Below are positions 1 through 6,337 of a DNA stretch of 64,000 nt, one piece after another. The position numbers and the translations under genes were made by a program. Within the stretch, counting starts at the first letter, position 1. Each line of letters opens with the position of its first letter. Location of the stretch: positions 1 through 64,000 of IMG/VR virus record IMGVR_UViG_3300012665_000925, one strand, 5' to 3'. The notes beneath the pieces were generated by a model that was not told the origin of the DNA, searched no databases, and saw nothing but the letters and a program-made list of their open reading frames with translations. Source of the DNA: a virus.

Positions 1-37
1 GGAGGCCGCTGTGTTGTGGGGGTGTGTGGTTTTTTTT

Positions 38-75
<38 letters not shown>

Positions 76-122
76 GCGGGTATTCGTTTTTTCCGCTGGT
101 TCGTCTGGCTGGTGATTTGGAC

Positions 123-151
123 TTGACTTTGTCTGCGGGTGGTGGTAGACT
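123..151 (+). promoter_or_regulatory. sigma-A-type early promoter
   Basis: TTGACT-N17-TAGACT with extended TG, followed by AAAGGGG RBS and ATG at 178. Confidence 0.85.
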
Positions 152-177
152 TTCTCTGTAATAGAAAGGGGTAGCAA

Positions 178-543
178 ATGGCTACTAAACAAACAGCAAC
201 AGCAAGCGTAAAGGTCTGGGACTTTTCCCTAACTTTGTCTGGTGGCATTATCGGTGAATGGTGCGAGTGGACTTTTACACTTGACTTTTCTCACGGCAAC
301 AGCAAGACATACAACACGGACGAAGTGGCAATCTACGACGAGAGCGACTTGGAAACTACTCTCTGGGACGAAGCAATGCGTATCGTGGAAAAGTATGGAC
401 GAGTAATCTCAACCGAGATGACGGACGTGGAAGTCTGCCCTGACTGCCTAGAACGCATTACGGACGACAACCCGCTTATTGACGAAACTCAATACAGCAC
501 GAAGTTCGGTTCGTGCGTTGGGTGTTGCGACCCGACACCATAA
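178..543 (+). CDS. Early hypothetical protein, acidic, C-terminal CxxC...CxxCC zinc motif
   Basis: 121 aa ORF with its own promoter, RBS and terminator. Confidence 0.85.
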   Translation: MATKQTATASVKVWDFSLTLSGGIIGEWCEWTFTLDFSHGNSKTYNTDEVAIYDESDLETTLWDEAMRIVEKYGRVISTEMTDVEVCPDCLERITDDNPLIDETQYSTKFGSCVGCCDPTP

Positions 544-559
544 CAAGCAAACAACAAAC

Positions 560-593
560 ACCGCTTAGTCAGAAGACTAGGCGGTTTTGTTTT
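560..593 (+). terminator. Intrinsic terminator
   Basis: CCGCTTAGTC-AGAA-GACTAGGCGG followed by a T-rich tail. Confidence 0.85.
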
Positions 594-672
594 GTGCGGG
601 TGGCGGGTTGGGGGAGAGTATTCGTTTTTTCCGTGGGTGCGTGCGGTGGCAACAACTCACTAAGAAATGGAC

Positions 673-701
673 TTGCGAATGTCGGTGGGTAGGTGTAGAC
701 T
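673..701 (+). promoter_or_regulatory. Early promoter
   Basis: TTGCGA-N17-TAGACT. Confidence 0.8.
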
Positions 702-742
702 ACAAGAGTAGTCAAACAAACAACTACGAAAGGGAAATGAAA

Positions 743-982
743 ATGTCTAACTATCCAGAAGGCTCAATGCGAGGCTCGGGCATTTACTCACGAGAAGTTT
801 CATACGAAGAGTTTGAGTGTGAAAACGAAGAGTGCCAAAAGGTAAACGAAGCGGGCGAAACCGCTACGGACGACTGGGGCAACTATTCTGTGGAGTGCGA
901 GTTCTGTGGTTCTACTTATAGTGAGAGTTCGCTATCTGACGATGCTGACGATTACTGGGCGGACTACGACCCGAACAACTAA
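743..982 (+). CDS. Early highly acidic zinc-ribbon protein (79 aa)
   Basis: Start corrected from 587 to ATG 743 (or 737) after the GAAAGGG RBS; CxxxxC...CxxC; 21 D/E versus 3 K/R. Confidence 0.8.
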   Translation: MSNYPEGSMRGSGIYSREVSYEEFECENEECQKVNEAGETATDDWGNYSVECEFCGSTYSESSLSDDADDYWADYDPNN

Positions 983-995
983 ACAAGTCAAGACT

Positions 996-1027
996 AAACC
1001 GCTTACCGAAAAGGTGGGCGGTTTTTT
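996..1027 (+). terminator. Intrinsic terminator
   Basis: AAACCGCTTACC-GAAAA-GGTGGGCGGTTTTTT. Confidence 0.85.
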
Positions 1028-1114
1028 CTTATGCGGGTGCGTGGGTGCGTGGGTGTAGGTGTATTCGTTTTTTCAGTAGTGTTCGCCAGCACGGAGAAGT
1101 TTGTGCGTCTGTGT

Positions 1115-1143
1115 TTGACTTTGTCGGTGGTGTGTGTTAGAAT
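1115..1143 (+). promoter_or_regulatory. Early promoter
   Basis: TTGACT-N17-TAGAAT. Confidence 0.85.
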
Positions 1144-1195
1144 GGTTATGTAGTCAGAAGGACTGATTACAGAAACAGAAAAGAAAAGGGAACAA

Positions 1196-1399
1196 ATGTC
1201 AATCGTAACTCTAGTAGTAGACATCACTTATCCAAACGGCGAAACTCTTAGACCAATCTACGAGTGCCACGGAGAAGAAGGATTTGCTAAGTTTGCGGCG
1301 TGGCACAACGAACACCTAAGCGTTGGAACTACCGCAATCCTAAACGGCTACGGACTAAACAATCCAGAGCCACTAATGACTGTGGCAATCGCCAAGTAA
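1196..1399 (+). CDS. Early hypothetical protein
   Basis: 67 aa; AAAAGGG RBS; flanked by promoter and terminator. Confidence 0.8.
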   Translation: MSIVTLVVDITYPNGETLRPIYECHGEEGFAKFAAWHNEHLSVGTTAILNGYGLNNPEPLMTVAIAK

Positions 1400-1408
1400 G
1401 CCAAACCG

Positions 1409-1443
1409 AAAAGCCCCTAGCCAGAAATGGTTAGGGGTTTTTT
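1409..1443 (+). terminator. Intrinsic terminator
   Basis: CCCCTAGCCA-GAAA-TGGTTAGGGG followed by T6. Confidence 0.85.
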
Positions 1444-1541
1444 CTTATGCGGGTTAGTGCGAAGTTGCGTGCGTGCGTGCGTGCGTAATGAAAAAACGAA
1501 TACTGCGTGCGGACAATCCAACACGCCAAACACGGAACGAT

Positions 1542-1570
1542 TTGAAAATGTCGGTGGTTGGTGGTAAGAT
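1542..1570 (+). promoter_or_regulatory. Early promoter
   Basis: TTGAAA-N17-TAAGAT, preceded by the inverted 14-bp box. Confidence 0.75.
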
Positions 1571-1614
1571 TTGAATAGTTAGAAATACTAACTACGGAAC
1601 AAAGGGGCAACAAA

Positions 1615-1878
1615 ATGAGTGAACTAACAATCAAGCAAAACCAAGAAACCGCTTTTGCTTTTGTTCGCAAATTGGTAGGTGGCGACTTGAAAGCCTATTA
1701 CCAGAGTGAGCAGACAATCGCTTTCGTTTGGGCGGAGTGTGCGAGCAATGCGGACATTCAGCGACTAACGACTAACTATGTTTGGGGTTCGTTTGAGCGA
1801 GCAAGCCACAATAAGCAAGCGTTAGAAACCAAGTTGCGTGAAGTGTTTGGGTTGCCAGAAATGGCAGGGGTGAACTAA
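1615..1878 (+). CDS. Early hypothetical protein
   Basis: 87 aa; AAAGGGG RBS. Confidence 0.8.
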   Translation: MSELTIKQNQETAFAFVRKLVGGDLKAYYQSEQTIAFVWAECASNADIQRLTTNYVWGSFERASHNKQALETKLREVFGLPEMAGVN

Positions 1879-2075
1879 TGCCATTGACTACCGAGCAAGT
1901 CAGCGAACTTGAAAAGACCCAGAGCAGATTTGGGTGCGGGCGAGTGGACTGCGTAGCGTGCTACCCAATCACTTATGCGTGCGAGTTCTGCGGTGAAGCC
2001 TATGAACGACCAATCGCCAATGGTGAAGTCTATGCGTGCGTTGAGTGCGGGTGGGAAACCGAACAGACTTACTGA
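1878..2075 (+). CDS. Early Cys-rich zinc-finger protein
   Basis: 65 aa; TAATG coupling to the upstream gene; CxxxxCxxC, CxxC, CxxC. Confidence 0.75.
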   Translation: MPLTTEQVSELEKTQSRFGCGRVDCVACYPITYACEFCGEAYERPIANGEVYACVECGWETEQTY

Positions 2076-2086
2076 CCTAACACGGC

Positions 2087-2115
2087 AACCCCTTAGCGAA
2101 ATGCTAGGGGGTTTT
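2087..2115 (+). terminator. Intrinsic terminator
   Basis: AACCCCTTAGC-GAAAT-GCTAGGGGGTTTT. Confidence 0.85.
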
Positions 2116-2192
2116 CGTTTGGGCGGGGTGCGTGCGTGTGTATTCGTTTTTTCCGTATTGCTCGCGGGCTGGAAAATTGTTAGTGAATGGAT

Positions 2193-2222
2193 TTGCTTTT
2201 TCTGCGTGGCGTGTGTTAGACT
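2193..2222 (+). promoter_or_regulatory. Early promoter
   Basis: TTGCTT-N18-TAGACT. Confidence 0.7.
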
Positions 2223-2274
2223 ACAAGGGTAGTCAAGACAAAGGGTCAAGACACAGAAAAGAAAAGGGAAACAA

Positions 2275-2604
2275 ATGACCACCAAAGTAGCAATCAAGCC
2301 AGCAGTAAAGGTAGACGGAAAGCCAGCAGTAGAACTAACCGAAGCAGGTATCAAGGCACTAAAAGCGTTCAACAAGGCAAAGGCAACCGAAGCAAAGGCT
2401 AAGGCAACTAAGGCTAAGGCAGAAGCAATCTTGCGTGCGGAACTAGGTGAAGCAACCACCGCGACCATTCAGGGCGTTGCGGTTGCCAGCGTAATCGCCA
2501 GCAAGAACACTTCGTTTGACCGCGACCTAATGCGTGAACTCTACCCAGAAGCGTTTGAAGCCACGCTGAAAACCACCGAATACACCTACATCAAAACCGC
2601 TTAG
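2275..2604 (+). CDS. Early Ala/Lys-rich hypothetical protein
   Basis: 109 aa; AAAAGGG RBS; coiled-coil segment plus an FDxxL..ELYPE motif reminiscent of the C-terminal part of YqaJ-type phage proteins. Confidence 0.85.
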   Translation: MTTKVAIKPAVKVDGKPAVELTEAGIKALKAFNKAKATEAKAKATKAKAEAILRAELGEATTATIQGVAVASVIASKNTSFDRDLMRELYPEAFEATLKTTEYTYIKTA

Positions 2605-2619
2605 GCGGTTCGTGCGGTA

Positions 2620-2649
2620 GCCCGCTAGCCAGAAATGGTTAGCGGGTTT
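2620..2649 (+). terminator. Intrinsic terminator
   Basis: CCCGCTAGCCA-GAAA-TGGTTAGCGGG-TTT. Confidence 0.8.
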
Positions 2650-2737
2650 CTCGCGTTCGCGGGCGGGCGGGCGTTTCTGCGGGCGGGCGAGTGTATTCGT
2701 TTTTTCCGTATCCCTCACGGCGACTTCGCATTAGGAC

Positions 2738-2766
2738 TTGACTTTCTTTCGTTTAGGTGGTAGGCT
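2738..2766 (+). promoter_or_regulatory. Early promoter
   Basis: TTGACT-N17-TAGGCT. Confidence 0.85.
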
Positions 2767-2807
2767 TATCTCATAAGCCAGAAAGGTTCTGGGTTGAAAG
2801 GGTCAAA

Positions 2808-3098
2808 ATGTCAAAGTTTGTAGTTATCGCAGGTAGCCGCCCGAAGCGTGCGTGGGCTGGCGTTTTTGAAGTTGCGGAAGGTCGCAACTGGTTTGAGGCG
2901 AACGCAATCGCCTACTACGAGACAGGCTGTTCTATGTGGGACACCTGCGACTGCTGTGAATTCAGCAACGAGGCTAACACCTCAGCCGTTCTAGCCGAGG
3001 CTGGTATGGTTCTCTCTCCTGCTGGTGAGCAGGTCTACCTCACCGACACCACTACCGCCGAGGGTGGCTGGTATGCTCCCGCGGTGGTTCGGGCGTAG
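2808..3098 (+). CDS. Early hypothetical protein (96 aa, Cys cluster)
   Basis: Start corrected to ATG 2808 after GAAAGGG; the track start at 2757 overlaps the promoter. Confidence 0.8.
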   Translation: MSKFVVIAGSRPKRAWAGVFEVAEGRNWFEANAIAYYETGCSMWDTCDCCEFSNEANTSAVLAEAGMVLSPAGEQVYLTDTTTAEGGWYAPAVVRA

Positions 3099-3112
3099 CC
3101 ACTCTCATAGCG

Positions 3113-3142
3113 AAACCGCTAGCCGAAAGGCTGGCGGTTTTT
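3113..3142 (+). terminator. Intrinsic terminator
   Basis: AAACCGCTAGCC-GAAA-GGCTGGCGGTTTTT. Confidence 0.85.
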
Positions 3143-3236
3143 CTTTGTCTGCGGGTGAAGCAACTTTCGTTAGTGCGAAGTTGCGGGGAGTGTATTCGTT
3201 TTTTCAAGACATCACGGCACGGGACGCAACGCGGGC

Positions 3237-3265
3237 TTGACTTTGTTGGTGGATAGTGTTAGGCT
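3237..3265 (+). promoter_or_regulatory. Early promoter
   Basis: TTGACT-N17-TAGGCT. Confidence 0.85.
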
Positions 3266-3296
3266 TATAGCAAGCCTAATGAAAGGGGCAGAAGAA

Positions 3297-3518
3297 ATGA
3301 TAGTAAAGGTTGTTCCTCGTTGTAATAACTTTGTATTAGATACAACTAAGGCGGGCAATGTTGCTTGTTGCGGGCGAGTGGCTTGGTTTGGTATTACGCT
3401 CGCGAGTGGCGTTGTTCACTATGCTTGCGTGGACTGCGTTGCGAAACGCTTAGCCATTCTTGCGGACAAGTTGGACACGGCTAACATTGTGTTTTACATC
3501 AAAGACAAAAAAGATTAG
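3297..3518 (+). CDS. Early Cys-containing hypothetical protein (73 aa)
   Basis: Start corrected to ATG 3297 after GAAAGGGG. Confidence 0.8.
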   Translation: MIVKVVPRCNNFVLDTTKAGNVACCGRVAWFGITLASGVVHYACVDCVAKRLAILADKLDTANIVFYIKDKKD

Positions 3519-3527
3519 GCGGGTCGC

Positions 3528-3556
3528 TTGACTTGCGTGGGCGTTAGGTATAGGCT
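3528..3556 (+). promoter_or_regulatory. Early promoter driving a leaderless mRNA
   Basis: TTGACT-N17-TAGGCT with ATG 6 nt downstream. Confidence 0.75.
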
Positions 3557-3562
3557 TGCGGT

Positions 3563-3715
3563 ATGAGAGCATTCAATAAAATCAGAAGTGTGCCTTACTT
3601 TGTTTTGGCAAAGTTGGCATTGGGCGTTAGTCGCGTTGGCTATCGTATGTTTCAAAGCGGGAACTTTACAAACTACTCTGCGGAGAAAAAAGCAAGGCGT
3701 CTAGCGGGTGAGTGA
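3563..3715 (+). CDS. Leaderless small basic protein (50 aa, MRAFNKIRSV...)
   Basis: Hand-translated; too short for the ORF track; stop overlaps the next start. Confidence 0.65.
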   Translation: MRAFNKIRSVPYFVLAKLALGVSRVGYRMFQSGNFTNYSAEKKARRLAGE

Positions 3716-3917
3716 GTTTGAGAAAGAAGTAAACGCGTTTGGGCTTGCGTTGGTTTTGCGTTCGTTTGCCGTTGGCGTTTTCTTTATCTTTCTAATGGGT
3801 TTTGCTATTGGCTATCAACTTTGGTTTATCCCAATCTTGCTTGCGGTGGGCGTGATAGGCTTGCTTGTGTTTGCGGACAGACTTGTAAGAAAGTATTATC
3901 GCAACACCGAAGAATAA
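3708..3917 (+). CDS. Small two-TM membrane protein
   Basis: 69 aa with two hydrophobic helices. Confidence 0.75.
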   Translation: MSEFEKEVNAFGLALVLRSFAVGVFFIFLMGFAIGYQLWFIPILLAVGVIGLLVFADRLVRKYYRNTEE

Positions 3918-3920
3918 AAG

Positions 3921-4024
3921 ACTTGCCTAGCGTTATCCCCTTTCCGCTAGGCATTGAGTCGCTATGTATTTTGCTCGCATAGTGAACTCCGAAAAAGGCT
4001 AGGCGTTTTCGTCTAGCCTTTTTT
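3921..4024 (+). ncRNA. Putative three-hairpin small RNA or structured 3' UTR ending in a terminator
   Basis: Stems 3924-3932/3945-3953, 3956-3966/3978-3989 and terminator 3991-4024. Confidence 0.4.
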
Positions 4025-4104
4025 GTTGTCTGCGGTGCGTGCGTTTGGGCGGGGGGAGCGTATTCGTTTTTTCACGCGTGCTTGGCTTGGGGACTTTCTA
4101 CGAT

Positions 4105-4133
4105 TTGACTTTCTGCGGTGTTCGTGATAGAAT
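4105..4133 (+). promoter_or_regulatory. Early promoter
   Basis: TTGACT-N17-TAGAAT. Confidence 0.85.
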
Positions 4134-4176
4134 AGTTTTGTAGTCAAAGTGATTACAAAAAAGCCTAAGGGGCAAA

Positions 4177-4341
4177 ATGACAAATCCATACAGTAATCTA
4201 ACTCTCACCGAAGTAGAGAAAGAAATCGCCGAAACCAAAACCGCTTGGTCGGCACTCTGGAATAAAATCGGCGTGCGTGCGGGTGTGCTTGAAGAGCAAC
4301 TTGCTTTGTTGGAAGAACACGCGAAGACACTTAGAGCGTAG
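4177..4341 (+). CDS. Early small coiled-coil protein (54 aa, MTNPYSNLTL...)
   Basis: Hand-translated; AAGGGG RBS; own promoter and terminator (4354-4381). Confidence 0.8.
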   Translation: MTNPYSNLTLTEVEKEIAETKTAWSALWNKIGVRAGVLEEQLALLEEHAKTLRA

Positions 4342-4444
4342 TCGCAACCGAATACCCGCCTAGCGAAAGTTAGGCGGGTTTCGTTTTGTCTGCGGTGAAG
4401 TGTAGAGCGTTATTATTTTGTTATCAAAAACTTGGTGCTATGAC

Positions 4445-4473
4445 TTGACTTTCTGCGGTAAGCGTGTTAGACT
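4445..4473 (+). promoter_or_regulatory. Early promoter with upstream GTTAT direct-repeat box (4407-4424)
   Basis: TTGACT-N17-TAGACT. Confidence 0.85.
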
Positions 4474-4515
4474 ACTTATGTAGTCAAAAGGATTACGAAA
4501 ACGAAAGGGAACAAA

Positions 4516-4659
4516 ATGCTTACTTACAAATTCACTTACAGCGAGAACGGCTCAGTAGCAATCAGCGAAATCGTAGCAACTAGCGAAGACAAGGCACGCC
4601 GTATTTTCTCAAGCGAAAAGCCTAATGCGGTTTTGATTATGCTAAGCCACAACATCTAA
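4516..4659 (+). CDS. Early small protein (47 aa, MLTYKFTYSE...)
   Basis: Hand-translated; GAAAGGGA RBS; terminator 4671-4703. Confidence 0.8.
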   Translation: MLTYKFTYSENGSVAISEIVATSEDKARRIFSSEKPNAVLIMLSHNI

Positions 4660-4797
4660 ACAAAAAAGTCAAGCCGTCTAGCCGAAAGGCTAGGCGGTTT
4701 TTTCTTGCTCGGTTTTTCTTGGTTGCTCGGTTGTCTGCGGTATTCGTTTTTTCATTCGCTCGCTCGCTGGGCGGGTGGGCGTGCTTAGTTTCTTGAC

Positions 4798-4826
4798 TTG
4801 ACTTTTCTTGTCTGCGGTGATAGAAT
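4798..4826 (+). promoter_or_regulatory. Early promoter
   Basis: TTGACT-N17-TAGAAT. Confidence 0.85.
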
Positions 4827-4879
4827 AACTTTGTTAGTTGAAGTTATTGACTGGCATAAACATTAGAGAAAAGGGAACA

Positions 4880-5158
4880 ATGATTTTCAGTAGGGACTAC
4901 TTTGTCAAGGGCGAAGTGGAAGGTGCTTTGATAGTTGAAGCAAAGAATTACAAGGGCGAAGTTGTAGACACTCGCTCATTCATAGGCGAGAGTGCGGGCA
5001 AGTATGTTTTGACTTTGGCTTGGGAGAGTGGGCGAGAGAGTAAGACTTTTGACAATTTCGCAACCGCTATGAAAATGGCAAACGGCTACTGGGCTAGGCA
5101 AAGTATTTGGCACGAAGACAAAGCGGGCAAGCGTAAGCGTGTTGTGCGGTGGCAGTAG
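4880..5158 (+). CDS. Early hypothetical protein (92 aa)
   Basis: Start corrected to ATG 4880 after AAAAGGGA; terminator 5183-5215. Confidence 0.8.
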   Translation: MIFSRDYFVKGEVEGALIVEAKNYKGEVVDTRSFIGESAGKYVLTLAWESGRESKTFDNFATAMKMANGYWARQSIWHEDKAGKRKRVVRWQ

Positions 5159-5266
5159 TTAGGCGTTAGTTAGTAATTGCTCACCCGCTTAGTCGCAACT
5201 TGGCTAGGCGGGTTTGCTTTGTCTGCGGTAGGTGATTAGGCGTTATCTATTTGTTATGCTTGCTAC

Positions 5267-5295
5267 TTGACTTTTCTCTGCGGTAGTAGTAAACT
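5267..5295 (+). promoter_or_regulatory. Early promoter with upstream GTTAT direct-repeat box (5240-5257)
   Basis: TTGACT-N17-TAAACT. Confidence 0.8.
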
Positions 5296-5339
5296 AGTAA
5301 TGACTAGTTAGAAAGACTAGCCAAAACGAAAGGGACACA

Positions 5340-5549
5340 ATGAACAACAAGACTAGACAATTCCGATTTGAAGTTGCTTACCTATCCTTAGGCGTGGCTT
5401 GTATCTTGGGCGTTGATTTACTGGCAAACCTAGAAACCGAAGACTACTATCACGCTTTTGCTTTGCGTAATGTCTTGGGCTTTGTAGGCTTTGCTTTTGT
5501 TATGTTCACTTGGAACTACATTCAACTAACTAAGTTTCGTAAAGCCTAG
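5340..5549 (+). CDS. Early two-TM membrane protein
   Basis: 69 aa; GAAAGGGA RBS; terminator at about 5564-5597. Confidence 0.8.
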   Translation: MNNKTRQFRFEVAYLSLGVACILGVDLLANLETEDYYHAFALRNVLGFVGFAFVMFTWNYIQLTKFRKA

Positions 5550-5863
5550 ACACTTAGCAACTTACAACCCGCTCAGACTTGGGCGGGTTGTTTGTTTGTG
5601 TGCGGTAATGCTTACTAGTGCTAGGTATTCTCTGCGGTAGGTAGGTAATGCTTGGGCTACTCTCTGCGGACAACTATTAGCAATAGGCGGGGGCAATGGT
5701 TAGCAATGGTTATGACTTTCAACTAATACCTATTTATTATTTAGTGGACGGGGACGGCGGTGGGCGAGAAACAACTAACCCTTTGCTATTGGTTAGTGGG
5801 CTTGGTAATCGTTCGTATCCTAATGACTTTCAACTTACTACTAGTAGTTAGTTGTTAGGTATT

Positions 5864-6022
5864 ACTCATCTACTCATCTACTCATCTGCTTACTTACTCA
5901 ACTACTTACTTACTCACTCACCTAGTCATTCACTTTTTATTTTCTTCACTCACTCATTCACTCACTCACTCATTCACTTACTCACCTAGTCATTCACTCA
6001 TCTACTCACCTAGTCATTCACT
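5864..6022. repeat. C/A/T low-complexity tract with ACTCATCT x3 and ACTCACCTAGTCATTCACT x3
   Basis: 8-mers at 5864-5887; 19-mers at 5916, 5980 and 6004. Confidence 0.85.
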
Positions 6023-6136
6023 TTGATTAGTGTTTCTAATGTTTGTTTCTTTGTTTGACTAAGTAGAATAGAGAAAGCAAGCATAGGCAAATGATTTTGT
6101 TTGTTTGTAAGTATTCGTTTTTTCAGTGTAGTTGTT

Positions 6137-6221
6137 TCGTTCGTATCCAAACGATAATCGTTTGTATCCAAATGACCTTGGTTCGTTCGCATCCAAACGA
6201 CTTTCGTTCGTATCCAAACGA
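6137..6221. repeat. Four 18-bp quasi-palindromic direct repeats TCGTTYGYATCCAAAYGA (iteron or operator-like)
   Basis: Copies at 6137, 6158, 6183 and 6204; a fifth degenerate copy at 5809-5826. Confidence 0.85.
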
Positions 6222-6337
6222 ATTTAGGAAACAAATCGGGGAATGTCGAAAATCCTGCGGAGCCGTCTGACCCGCCAAAAGCACTAGACGCTAAGGTATC
6301 AAAACTTCAGCACAGTAGAGCCATCATCCGTGCTAGT

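Larger units (their letters stand above)
80..6124. repeat. Dispersed 14-bp box GTATTCGTTTTTTC, 10 copies
   Basis: Exact copies at 80-93, 618-631, 1061-1074, 1490-1503 (inverted, GAAAAAACGAATAC), 2140-2153, 2693-2706, 3192-3205, 4060-4073, 4740-4753 and 6111-6124. Confidence 0.95.

Noticed and set aside
1003-2718. Minus-strand ORFs at 1003, 1431, 1875 and 2527, and plus-strand ORF at 1975
   Set aside because: They cross promoters and terminators or shadow real genes. The recurring EKTNT peptide is just the translated 14-bp box.
80-4753. Dispersed 14-bp repeats as a CRISPR array or integron attC sites
   Set aside because: The repeat is too short, the spacers are hundreds of bp and hold genes, and there is no cas operon, integron integrase or attC palindrome.
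6137-6221. Mini-CRISPR
   Set aside because: Spacers between the repeats are only 3-7 bp.
6010-6234. 74-aa minus-strand ORF
   Set aside because: It is a translation of the repeat block, with no RBS or plausible composition.
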